From an uncultured Gemmatimonadales bacterium (GTDB lineage: Bacteria; Gemmatimonadota; Gemmatimonadetes; Gemmatimonadales; Gemmatimonadaceae): DNA of 64,000 nucleotides. This document shows, one piece after another, positions 20,893 to 29,701 of this stretch (positions are counted from its first letter, which is position 1; every line of letters starts with the position of its first letter). Under the pieces are notes generated by a model. That model was not told the DNA's origin. It did no database searches and was given only the letters and a program-made list of their open reading frames with translations. Location: NCBI GenBank assembly GCA_963851265.1, contig CAWKNZ010000007.1:384001-448000 (forward strand), written 5' to 3'. Position numbers and translations under genes: made by a program.

Positions 20893-21075
20893 ATGTCTCG
20901 CTCCCGCGACAAGATCCTGACCAACCTCGACGAGATGTACCGCGAGGCGTTCGAGCGCGCCAAGGCCGCCGGCGACGCGCAGCAGATGACGACGCTCGAT
21001 TTCGCCTACCGGCGCGAGCAGCTGTACTTCGAGATCCTGCTCGACGTGCGCGACGCGGTCGAGCGGCGCGGCTGA
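20893..21075 (+). CDS. Small hypothetical helical protein
   Basis: 60 aa with typical codon usage; an in-frame ATG at 20722 could be the real start. Confidence 0.65.
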   Translation: MSRSRDKILTNLDEMYREAFERAKAAGDAQQMTTLDFAYRREQLYFEILLDVRDAVERRG

Positions 21076-21098
21076 ACGCCGGTGCCGGCCGCGCCGTG

Positions 21099-21455
21099 AT
21101 GCCCGGCCCGATCACGCTCGCCGTCGTGAACGCCCGGGTGCATACCGGCGACCCGCGCCGACCCTGGGCCGACGCGGTCGTCGTGCGCGGCGACCGGCTC
21201 GCGTTCGTCGGCTCGGCCGCCGAAGCGCGGAAGCTCACGCGCGAGGCGCCCGAGGCGCGCGTCGTCGACGTCGGCGGCCGGTTCCTGACGGCCCCCGCGG
21301 ACGCGCCCGGCGTGCTGCGTGCAGGCGAGCCCGCCGACTTCGTCGTCGTCGACCGGGACCTCTCGCGGACCGACGCGGCGGCCGCCGGCGACGCGCAGGT
21401 CATCCTCGCGGTTCGCGGCGGCCGCGTCGTCGGCGACGCCGGCGCTCTACGTTAG
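21099..21455 (+). CDS. Amidohydrolase beta-sandwich-only protein
   Basis: N-terminal NARVHTGD...VVDVGGRFL joined directly to C-terminal GVLRAGEPADFVVVDRD...GGRVV. Confidence 0.7.
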   Translation: MPGPITLAVVNARVHTGDPRRPWADAVVVRGDRLAFVGSAAEARKLTREAPEARVVDVGGRFLTAPADAPGVLRAGEPADFVVVDRDLSRTDAAAAGDAQVILAVRGGRVVGDAGALR

Positions 21456-21488
21456 GCATCCGCCCCGCCCACCCCAGCGCCCGCTCCG

Positions 21489-22031
21489 ATGTCGACTGCC
21501 GGATCGCCCCTGCTCGACGCCCCGCCATCCGCCGACGGCGCGGAGTTCCTGCCCTACTACGGCGCCTACATCGCGCTGGTGCCGCGCGGCAACGTGCTCG
21601 ACACGCTCGACGCGCAGCTCGCCGACACCGTCGCCGTGGTCGACGCGATCGGCGAGGCGCGCGCCGGGCACCGCTACGCCGCGGGGAAGTGGAGCGTGCG
21701 GGAACTCGTCGGGCACGCGGTGGACACCGAGCGGATCTTCACGTACCGGGCGCTCGCCGCCGCCCGCGGCGAGACGCACCCGCTCCCCGCGTTCGACGAG
21801 AACGCCTACGTGGCGAACGCCGGGTTCGACGGGCGGGCGCTCGGCTCACTGCTCGGCGAGTGGACGGCGGTCCGGCGCGCCACGCTCTCGCTGTTCCGCA
21901 ACCTCGACGACGCGGCGCTCGCGCGTCGCGTCGTGGCCAACGGCGCGCCGATGTCGGCGCGCGCGGCGGCGTGGATCATCGCGGGGCACGAGCTACACCA
22001 CCGCGAGATCCTGCGCAGCCGCTACGAGTAG
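21489..22031 (+). CDS. DinB family protein
   Basis: YAAGKWSVRELVGHAVDTERIF, FDENAYV, IAGHELHH. Confidence 0.9.
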   Translation: MSTAGSPLLDAPPSADGAEFLPYYGAYIALVPRGNVLDTLDAQLADTVAVVDAIGEARAGHRYAAGKWSVRELVGHAVDTERIFTYRALAAARGETHPLPAFDENAYVANAGFDGRALGSLLGEWTAVRRATLSLFRNLDDAALARRVVANGAPMSARAAAWIIAGHELHHREILRSRYE

Positions 22032-22061
22032 CGGTTACGAGAGGCGCGCCGACCGCGCGCG

Positions 22062-22370
22062 TCATCCCCAGCGCACCGGCAGGTTGCCGCGCCGGATATC
22101 GCGCGCACCGGCCGACACGCCGAGTCCGACGGCCACGGCGAAGCAGACCGCCGAGCCCGCGCCGACGAACGGGAGGACCAGCGCGGCGAGCATGCCGATC
22201 GCGAGCGCGCCCGCGGCCGCGATCCACGGCGCGGTGCCGCGCTGGACCGCGTCGACGAAGCGCAGGCGGTCGCGCACGAAGCGGCGACTGACGACGTAGC
22301 CCGCGGCCACCGCCACGAGCGTCAGGACGAAGGCCACGAACGAGAGCGTGGCAAAGAGCGCGTGCAACAT
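22062..22370 (-). CDS. Small hypothetical membrane protein
   Basis: GGAGG RBS; three hydrophobic segments; RRFVRDRLRFVDAV. Confidence 0.75.
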   Translation of the reverse strand: MLHALFATLSFVAFVLTLVAVAAGYVVSRRFVRDRLRFVDAVQRGTAPWIAAAGALAIGMLAALVLPFVGAGSAVCFAVAVGLGVSAGARDIRRGNLPVRWG

Positions 22371-22446
22371 GCAATTCCCTCCGGTTGCCCACCTTACCGC
22401 TCGGGACCGCGGGAAGTTTCGCGGCACCGGCGTGTTACTGTCCCGC

Positions 22447-23547
22447 ATGGCTGACGCCGCCCCGCTTCCGCATCAGCGCCCGCCGGCCGATCCGGCCGTG
22501 GGCGCCGCCACTCCCGCACCCGCCACGTCTCCCGCCCCGGCGAGCGCGCCCGGCGCGCGGGCGCGTCGGGCGCGGCTCACCACGCCGACGATCGACGACG
22601 ATCTCGGGTTCGGCGCGGTCGTCGCGCGCGAGAGCCGGCGGCGCCTGCTCAACGTCGACGGCTCGTTCAACGTCGCGCGTGAAGGGCTCGGGCCGCTCGA
22701 CCGACTCGCGCCGTACCATACCGCGCTCATCATGCCGTGGCCGCGCTTCCTCTCCTACTTCACGGTGGGGTATGTGGCGGTGAACCTGCTGTTCGCGCTC
22801 GCGTACTGGCTGTGCGGGCCGGACGCCCTCGTCGACGGCGGCCACACGCTCGACGGAAACGCGTTCGTGCGGGCGTTCTTCTTCAGCGTCGAAACCTTCG
22901 CGACGATCGGCTACGGCTCGATCGCGCCTGCCGGCATCGCGGCGAACACGCTCGTCACGGTCGAGGCGCTCGTGAGCATCCTGTCGGTGGCGCTGGTGAC
23001 GGGCCTCGTCTTCGCCCGCTTCTCGCGGCCGACCGCGCGCATCCGATTCAGCCGGCGCGCGCTGCTCGCGCCGTTCGGCGACGGCACCGCGTTCATGTTC
23101 CGCCTCGTGAACGAGCGACGCACGGAGCTGGTGCAACTGGAGGCCCGGGTGCTCTTCGCGCGCTTCGTCGAGCAGGACGGGCGCCGGATCCGGCGCTTCG
23201 ACGAACTCGCGCTCGAACGGCAGAGCGTGGTGTTCTTTCCGCTCGCGTGGACCATCGTGCACCCGATCGGGCCGGAGAGCCCGCTCGCCGGATTGGACCG
23301 CGCGACGATGAACGAGATCGAGGCCGAATTCCTGGTGCTCCTGTCGGGCATCGACGAGACGAACGCGCAGGTCGTGCACGCGCGCACCTCGTACAAGCCT
23401 GACGAGATCGTCGCCGGCGCGAAGTTCGGCGACCTGTTCAACCCGACGCGTCCGGACGGGACGCTCTCGATCGACGTGTCGCGCCTGGACGACGTGCAGT
23501 CCGCGACGATACCTGGCGCCGTGAACGCCGTGCCGAACGCCGGATAG
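22447..23547 (+). CDS. Inward-rectifier potassium channel (KirBac-like)
   Basis: FFFSVETFATIGYG filter, FARFSRP, WTIVHPI, ARTSY. Confidence 0.93.
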   Translation: MADAAPLPHQRPPADPAVGAATPAPATSPAPASAPGARARRARLTTPTIDDDLGFGAVVARESRRRLLNVDGSFNVAREGLGPLDRLAPYHTALIMPWPRFLSYFTVGYVAVNLLFALAYWLCGPDALVDGGHTLDGNAFVRAFFFSVETFATIGYGSIAPAGIAANTLVTVEALVSILSVALVTGLVFARFSRPTARIRFSRRALLAPFGDGTAFMFRLVNERRTELVQLEARVLFARFVEQDGRRIRRFDELALERQSVVFFPLAWTIVHPIGPESPLAGLDRATMNEIEAEFLVLLSGIDETNAQVVHARTSYKPDEIVAGAKFGDLFNPTRPDGTLSIDVSRLDDVQSATIPGAVNAVPNAG

Positions 23548-23695
23548 CGCGGGCGCGTCAGGCGCCGCACGTCGACACGGCGATCATCTCGTGGCGGGAC
23601 GGATGTAGGGGTCCGACGTGCGTGGCGTGTCTCGCACGAAATGCCGCGTGCGCGACCGCGCGCGGCGCTCCGTCCCCCTGCGCCCCGCTCCTCTC

Positions 23696-24961
23696 ATGGC
23701 TCCCCGCCGCGTCCTCGCCGCCGGTGCTTGCGGCGCCCTCGTCCTATCCGCACCCGCCGCGCGCGCGCAATCGCCGGTCGTGCTGGAAGGCTTCGCCGCA
23801 CGAACTGACCAGTCATCCGCCCCGGTGTTCGGCGGCCTCGCCCTCGGCGCGTACACCGGCCCGTTCGGACTGCGAGTGAGCGGATCGCTCAACACCGCGC
23901 ACGACGCGACCGCGAGGCCGCAGGCGTACGACTACGGCGGGTACGGCTGCCACCGCGGGCGGTGCGTCGACGCGTACGGCAACGGCGGTGGACCGTCGCT
24001 GCACGTGGCCGCCTGGACGGCCGACGCTGACCTCCTGTTCGAGCCCCTGCGCACGTTCGGCGTCGGCCGCGCACTGCTGCTCGGATTCTCGCCGTACGCG
24101 TTCGGCGGGATCGGCTACTACGCGACACGCCCGGCCGCGGGCGTCGACACGGGGCTCACCACGCTCAATTACGGCGTCGGCGTGCGCCACGAGCTGCTCG
24201 GCTGGCTCGGCGTGACGGGCGAGGCGCGCTTCCGGCGTGCGCTTCGTGGCGACACGGCGGCGCTCAACTTCAACCGGCACAACGCCCAGTTCCGCGTCGG
24301 CCTGACGGTGAGTTTCGGCGGAGGCCACGCCGCGCGCGCCGCGGCGACCGCGGTGCCTGGCCGCGGCGTGGTGACCAACGGCGCCGGCCGACCGGCTGCG
24401 GCCGTGCCGATGACCCCGGGCGCCTCGATGGCCGCGGTGCCTTCGCGTATCGTCCCGCGCGTCCTCGACCTCGGCGACGGGCTGGTCAACGTCCCGTACC
24501 TCACCGGCGGGACCACTCCGGCCGACGGGTTCGACGCGGCCGGCTTCGTCCAGTACGTGTTCGGGCGCGAAGGGGTGGAGCTGCCGCGGACCGTGCGGCA
24601 GCTGGCACAGTCGGGAATGACGGTGTCGACGCGCGGCGGCGACCTGCGGCCGGGCGATCTGCTGTTCTTCGCCAACGACGGCAGCACGCCCGATCACGTG
24701 GCCATCTACGTCGGCCATAACCGCGTGCTGCACGCGACGGCGAGTGGCGGGGCCGTGCGCTACGACGTGCTCGGCGAGGGGGCGCGCGGCGCCTGGTTCG
24801 CCTCGCACCTCGTCGCCGCGCGGCGCGTGGTGGACGGCGGATCGGCCGCGGATCGCATGCCGAGTGACGGGGACGGCGCGCCACCGGGGTCGGGCGCGGC
24901 GGACGACGCGACGGGCCAGCCCGACCGCGCCCCACAGCCGACGAGCGGAGGCGCGCGCTGA
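23696..24961 (+). CDS. Outer-membrane beta-barrel-like domain fused to NlpC/P60 (C40) domain lacking the catalytic Cys
   Basis: Signal peptide; amphipathic strands (SPYAFGGIGY, NYGVGV, FRVGLTVSF); GFDAAGFVQYVF, PGDLLFF, HVAIY. Confidence 0.8.
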   Translation: MAPRRVLAAGACGALVLSAPAARAQSPVVLEGFAARTDQSSAPVFGGLALGAYTGPFGLRVSGSLNTAHDATARPQAYDYGGYGCHRGRCVDAYGNGGGPSLHVAAWTADADLLFEPLRTFGVGRALLLGFSPYAFGGIGYYATRPAAGVDTGLTTLNYGVGVRHELLGWLGVTGEARFRRALRGDTAALNFNRHNAQFRVGLTVSFGGGHAARAAATAVPGRGVVTNGAGRPAAAVPMTPGASMAAVPSRIVPRVLDLGDGLVNVPYLTGGTTPADGFDAAGFVQYVFGREGVELPRTVRQLAQSGMTVSTRGGDLRPGDLLFFANDGSTPDHVAIYVGHNRVLHATASGGAVRYDVLGEGARGAWFASHLVAARRVVDGGSAADRMPSDGDGAPPGSGAADDATGQPDRAPQPTSGGAR

Positions 24962-24963
24962 GC

Positions 24964-26112
24964 ATGCGCCATCGCCTCGCGTGCCTCGCCTCGTTCGCAC
25001 GGCCGGCGCTGCTCGGCACGGTCGTGTTCGCGGCCGCAGTTCCGGCACGGCGCCTCGCGGCGCAGCAGTCGGTCGCGGCGGTACCGCCCGTGGGAACCGC
25101 CGATGCCCGCACTCCGCTCGGCGTGTCGGTGAGCGCGTCCGGCGGCAGCCGCGACACGCTCGGCCTTCTGGTCGTCTCGGTCACCCCCGAGAGCCCGGCC
25201 GACCGGGCGGGCATCTCGGAAGGCAATCGTCTGGCCGCGATCAACGGCGTGTCGCTCCGCCTCGCGCCGTCCGACGTCGGTCAGGCGGGGTCGGGTGACG
25301 CACTCGTGCGGCGCCTCGACGAGGAGATCCAAACGGCCCGCCCGGGCGAGCCGTTGGTCCTGCTCGTGCTCGGGGGCGGCCGCCGCCAGTTGGTCACGAT
25401 CCCGACTAACGGTTCGCCGACCAGCGCGGCGGCCCCTGCCTCCGCGCCTGCCGCCGTCGTCACGGCGTCACCCGCCGATGCCGCGCCGGCCGTCACGCCG
25501 ACCGTCGTGACCCCGCCCGTCGCCCCGTCCATCGTGTCGGCGGTCATCCCGGGTGCGGTCGCTCCGGCCGCGCGCGCACCGGTCGCCGCGTCGGCGGCTG
25601 CGTCCCCGTCCGACGCCGCGCGATCGGCGCTCGCACCCGTCGACTCCGAACGCGCGGCGTCGCTCGGCGGACTGATCGAGCGCATGGGCGAACTGCAGCA
25701 GCAGTTGCATCGACTCGCGCGCGACGAACGCTCGCTCGCGATGGCCGACTCGCTCTCCGACGCGGAGGAAGACCTCGCCGCCCTGCGCCACCGGCTACGC
25801 GGCGCCGAGGCGCGGCTGGCGCGGGCGGATTCCGCTCGCGACGACTCGGCGCGCGCCGGCGGCCTGCCCGGACTTCGCCTCGCGCCCGTGAACGAGGAGC
25901 TCGCCGCCTACTTCGGAAGCGGGAGCGCGCGCGGGCTGCTGGTCGTGCAGGCCAGCGCCGAGTGGGACCCGGTTCGCAGCGGGGACGTCGTATTGCGTGT
26001 GGATGGCGCGCCGGCGACCGTGGAGCGGCTGCGCGTCGCGTTCGACCCGCACCGGCGCAGCACCATCGAACTGCTGCGGCGCCGGCGCGCGCTCACGGTC
26101 ACCCTACACTGA
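24964..26112 (+). CDS. Secreted PDZ-domain protein with coiled-coil linker
   Basis: GLLVVSVTPESPADRAGI...INGV and a second GLLVV...GDVVLRVDG; no protease motif. Confidence 0.75.
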   Translation: MRHRLACLASFARPALLGTVVFAAAVPARRLAAQQSVAAVPPVGTADARTPLGVSVSASGGSRDTLGLLVVSVTPESPADRAGISEGNRLAAINGVSLRLAPSDVGQAGSGDALVRRLDEEIQTARPGEPLVLLVLGGGRRQLVTIPTNGSPTSAAAPASAPAAVVTASPADAAPAVTPTVVTPPVAPSIVSAVIPGAVAPAARAPVAASAAASPSDAARSALAPVDSERAASLGGLIERMGELQQQLHRLARDERSLAMADSLSDAEEDLAALRHRLRGAEARLARADSARDDSARAGGLPGLRLAPVNEELAAYFGSGSARGLLVVQASAEWDPVRSGDVVLRVDGAPATVERLRVAFDPHRRSTIELLRRRRALTVTLH

Positions 26113-26168
26113 CGAGCGCACGGGCGGGCTCCCGCAGACGCGGGGGCCGCCCGTGCACGCGACGACGC

Positions 26169-28322
26169 TCAGTACGCGAGCACCTCGGTGACCGCGCGCT
26201 TGAACGTCTCGACCTGCGGCAGGATTGCGTCCTCGAGCGAGGGCGCGTAGCCGACGAACGTGTCGGTGCTGGCGACGCGTTTGACCGGCGCGTCGAGCCA
26301 CGCGAAGCAGTCGTCGGCGATGCGCGCGGCGATCTCGGCGCCATAGCCCCAGGAGATCGAATCCTCGTAGCCGACGATCACGCGCGACGTCTTCTTCACG
26401 CTCGCGTACACCGCCTCGCGGTCCCACGGCGCGAGCGTGCGCAGGTCGATGACCTCGACGTTCACGCCGCTTTCCTCGGCCAGCTGGTTGGCCGCGGCGA
26501 GGGCGCGCTGCACCGTCGCGCCGTAGGTCACGATCGTCGCGTCGGTGCCCTCGCGCACCGTGCGCGCCTTGCCGAACGGGATCATGAAGTTGGGCCCCGC
26601 GTACCGCCCCTTGTTGTACGTCTGGCGGTAGAGGTGCTTGTGCTCGAGGAAGATCACGGGGTCGTCGCAGCGGATGCTCGTGCGCAGCAGCCCGGCCGCG
26701 TCGAGCGCGGTGCTGGGGCAGACGACGCGGAGTCCCGGGCAGTGCGTGAACAACGACGCGCCGGTCTGCGAGTGGTAGATCGCGCCGCGGATGTAGCCGC
26801 CGTACGTCGTGCGCACGACGACCGGCGCCGCGAACGCGTTGTTGGACCGCCAGCGCATCGTCGCGAGTTCGTCGCGCAGCTGCATGTAGGCCGTCCAGAT
26901 GTAGTCGAAGAACTGGATCTCGACGACCGGCTTGAAGCCGCGGTGCGCGAGCCCGATCGCCCGCCCGATTATGTTGGCCTCGGCGAGCGGGCTGTTATAG
27001 ACGCGGGCCGACCCGAATTCGGTCTGCAGGCCGTGCGTCGCCTTGAACACGCCCCCCTTGCCCTTGACCTTCCCGAGGTGCTGCTCGCGGCTCACGTCGG
27101 CGACGTCCTCGCCGAACACGAGGATTCGCTCGTTGCGGCGCATCTCGTCCCGGAGCACCGCGTTGATGCTGTCGATCATCGTGACGTCGCCGCCCGAGAG
27201 CTGCGGGTCGTCTTCCGTGTCGAACTGCTCGCCCGTCGGGTCGACGTCGGGGGAGTAGACGAAGTCGTAGACCGTGTCGGCGGCCGGCTGCGGCTGTGCG
27301 AGCGCGTCGTCGGTGGCGGCCAGGATCTCCGCGTCGACGTCGGCGGCGATCGCGTCGAGCTGGTCGTGCGTCGCGTGACCGCTGGCGACGAGCCACGCCG
27401 GGAAGGTCGTCAGCGGGTCGCGCCGGGCGTCCTCGTCGCGCTCCTCCTGCGGGCGGTAGAGCGTCTCGTCGTCGGAGAGCGAGTGCGAGTACGGGCGGAT
27501 CACCTTCGCGTGCACGAGCGCGGGGCCGCGGCGTGCGCGCGCGTGCGCGACCGCGCGCGACACCGCCTCGTAGCTCGCCAGGAGGTCGCAGCCGTCGACG
27601 CGCTCGATGTGCAGGTCGGGGAAGTTCTCGACGAGGTCCGAGATCGAGCCGCCCGCCGTGTTCACCTCGACCGGGACCGAAATGGCGTAGCCGTTGTCCT
27701 CGACGAAGTAGACGACCGGCAGCTTGAGGTTGCTGGCCGTGTTCATCGACTCCCAGAACTCGCCCTGGCTCGTCGTCCCGTCGCCGGTCGAGACGAACAC
27801 CACCTCGTCGCCGTGGAAGCCCTCCGCGATACCGAGCAGTCGCGCGCGGAGGGACCCTTCGGCGGCGCCGACCCCTTGCAGGAACTGCGTGCCCGTGGGC
27901 GAGGAGGAGCTGGCGATGTTCAGCGCCTTGTGCCCCCAGTGCGACGGCATCTGTCGGCCGCCCGAGCTCGGGTCGGCGGCGGCGCCGACGGCCGAGTACA
28001 GCATGTCGCGGGCGGTCATCCCGAGCGCGAGGCAGAGGGCGCGGTCGCGGTAGTAGGTGTAGAACCAGTCGTACCCCGCCTTGAGGACGAGGCCCGCCGC
28101 GGTGAGGATCGCCTCGTGCCCCGCGCCCGAGATCTGGAAGAAGATCTTGTTCTGCCGCTTCAGCTGGACCTCCTTGTCGTCGAGCCGGCGCGACAGGAGC
28201 ATCGTGCGGTAGGCGGCAAGGAGCTGATCGCGGCTCAGAGGCGTCGCGGCGCCCTTCGGCGCTGCCGCTGGGGCCGCGGCGGCGGAGGCGGGCCTGCGGG
28301 TCGGGCGGGTGCTGGTGGCCAT
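26169..28322 (-). CDS. 2-oxoacid (probably branched-chain) dehydrogenase E1, fused alpha/beta
   Basis: GRQMPSH, TPP motif [43 protein letters not shown]. Confidence 0.93.
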   Translation of the reverse strand: MATSTRPTRRPASAAAAPAAAPKGAATPLSRDQLLAAYRTMLLSRRLDDKEVQLKRQNKIFFQISGAGHEAILTAAGLVLKAGYDWFYTYYRDRALCLALGMTARDMLYSAVGAAADPSSGGRQMPSHWGHKALNIASSSSPTGTQFLQGVGAAEGSLRARLLGIAEGFHGDEVVFVSTGDGTTSQGEFWESMNTASNLKLPVVYFVEDNGYAISVPVEVNTAGGSISDLVENFPDLHIERVDGCDLLASYEAVSRAVAHARARRGPALVHAKVIRPYSHSLSDDETLYRPQEERDEDARRDPLTTFPAWLVASGHATHDQLDAIAADVDAEILAATDDALAQPQPAADTVYDFVYSPDVDPTGEQFDTEDDPQLSGGDVTMIDSINAVLRDEMRRNERILVFGEDVADVSREQHLGKVKGKGGVFKATHGLQTEFGSARVYNSPLAEANIIGRAIGLAHRGFKPVVEIQFFDYIWTAYMQLRDELATMRWRSNNAFAAPVVVRTTYGGYIRGAIYHSQTGASLFTHCPGLRVVCPSTALDAAGLLRTSIRCDDPVIFLEHKHLYRQTYNKGRYAGPNFMIPFGKARTVREGTDATIVTYGATVQRALAAANQLAEESGVNVEVIDLRTLAPWDREAVYASVKKTSRVIVGYEDSISWGYGAEIAARIADDCFAWLDAPVKRVASTDTFVGYAPSLEDAILPQVETFKRAVTEVLAY

Positions 28323-28544
28323 ACTTCGGATGCGGGACGGGTGCGAAACGCGCCACGGCAAGATAGGGGGCGGCCCCCGTACGGCGGGATGGGCGCGCGT
28401 CCGCCAGCGCGGCGGCGACCGCTCGGTCCGGTATGGCGGCGTCTGGCAGGCGTAGTAGTCCTGCTACACAAAACGTCTGCAGCCGACCGAATTGCCGGGC
28501 CCGCGCGGCCCGGACGGGCGATGCAGGGACGAGACGCGTCCGGA

Positions 28545-28560
28545 TGTGCTTGACATCACA
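28545..28560. promoter_or_regulatory. CRP/FNR-family-like operator whose spacer is a TTGACA hexamer
   Basis: TGTGC-TTGACA-TCACA inside the inverted repeat CCGGATGTG-N8-CACATCCGG (28540-28565). Confidence 0.55.
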
Positions 28561-28651
28561 TCCGGCGCGCCGGAGTATGGGACCCTCGCCGCCCCCACCG
28601 TGCGTCGGTCACGCGGGCCGCACCCGGTCCCCATCACCGAGGGTTCTCGAC

Positions 28652-29629
28652 ATGCACCCGTATGCTCGCCGCCCGGCTCAGATCACGCTCGCCTGCATCC
28701 CGCTGGTTGCCGCGGCGGCGGGCGCGCAAACGACGGGGGACAACGGGGCGGATCTGGAGAAGTGCGACAAGCCGATCGGCACCCTCGCGGTCGTCGAGCC
28801 GCAGAACGAGGTGATCATCGCGCTCGCGCGCTACCAGCTGCAGTCGCCGACGGGGCTCATCCGCATGATGGTCCAGCAGTCGCGCTGCTTCCAGGTGGTC
28901 GAGCGCGGGGCCGGCATGCGCAACCTCATGCAGGAGCGCGAACTCGCCCAGGCCGGGCAGCTGCAATCGTCGTCCAACGTCGGCGGCGGACAGCTGCGCG
29001 CCGCCGACTTCGTCCTCACGCCCAACGTGCTGTTCTCGGAAGGGAACGCGGGCGGGGTGGCCGGCGCGGTCGGCGGCTTCTTCTCGCGGCGCGTGCCGGT
29101 GGTGGGCGCGCTCGGCGGCGGACTGAAATTCAAGGAGGCGCAGACCAACATCCTCATCGCCGACACGCGCAGCGGCGTGCAGGTGGCGGCGGCAGAGGGG
29201 AAGGCGCGCAAGCGGGACTTCGCGCTCGGCGCCCTCGGCTTCGCCGGCGGAGTGGTGGGCGGGCTCGGCGGTTACACGAACACCAACGAGGGGAAGGTCG
29301 TCGCCGCCAGTTTCCTCGACAACTACAACAACATCGTGAAGGCGGTACGCGCCGACCCGAACCTGCAGCACATGGCCGCAGGAGGCGCGAACGGTGCCGC
29401 GGCCGGGAGCGAGAAGGCCGGCGCGGTGTTCGCCGAGGGCGACGTGATCGTTCCGAAGATCGCCAACGTGACTTTGCTCTCCGGCCCTTCGGAGTCCGCC
29501 CGGCCCGTGGGCGTGCTGGGCAAGGCGGACGAGCTGGTGTCGATGGGCGAGGAGAAGAGCGGGTACGTGCGCGTGCAGGGAGGCGCGCACGAGGGGTGGG
29601 TGCGCAAGGCGCTCGTCCGCAAGCAGTAA
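28652..29629 (+). CDS. CsgG/HfaB family secreted protein with C-terminal SH3-like domain
   Basis: LEKCDKPIGTLAVVE, QQSRCFQVVERG, YTNTNEGKVVAASFLD; C-terminal GYVRV...EGWV. Confidence 0.8.
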   Translation: MHPYARRPAQITLACIPLVAAAAGAQTTGDNGADLEKCDKPIGTLAVVEPQNEVIIALARYQLQSPTGLIRMMVQQSRCFQVVERGAGMRNLMQERELAQAGQLQSSSNVGGGQLRAADFVLTPNVLFSEGNAGGVAGAVGGFFSRRVPVVGALGGGLKFKEAQTNILIADTRSGVQVAAAEGKARKRDFALGALGFAGGVVGGLGGYTNTNEGKVVAASFLDNYNNIVKAVRADPNLQHMAAGGANGAAAGSEKAGAVFAEGDVIVPKIANVTLLSGPSESARPVGVLGKADELVSMGEEKSGYVRVQGGAHEGWVRKALVRKQ

Positions 29630-29659
29630 GGCCCGGTCGGTCGCGCGCGGCGGAATCGG

Positions 29660-29682
29660 GGGGCGCCCAACACGGGCGCCCC
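29660..29682 (+). terminator. GC-rich hairpin between the CsgG-like gene and the metalloprotease
   Basis: GGGGCGCCC-AACAC-GGGCGCCCC; no U-tract. Confidence 0.4.
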
Positions 29683-29701
29683 TCGGCGCGTTGTGGCAGC
29701 T

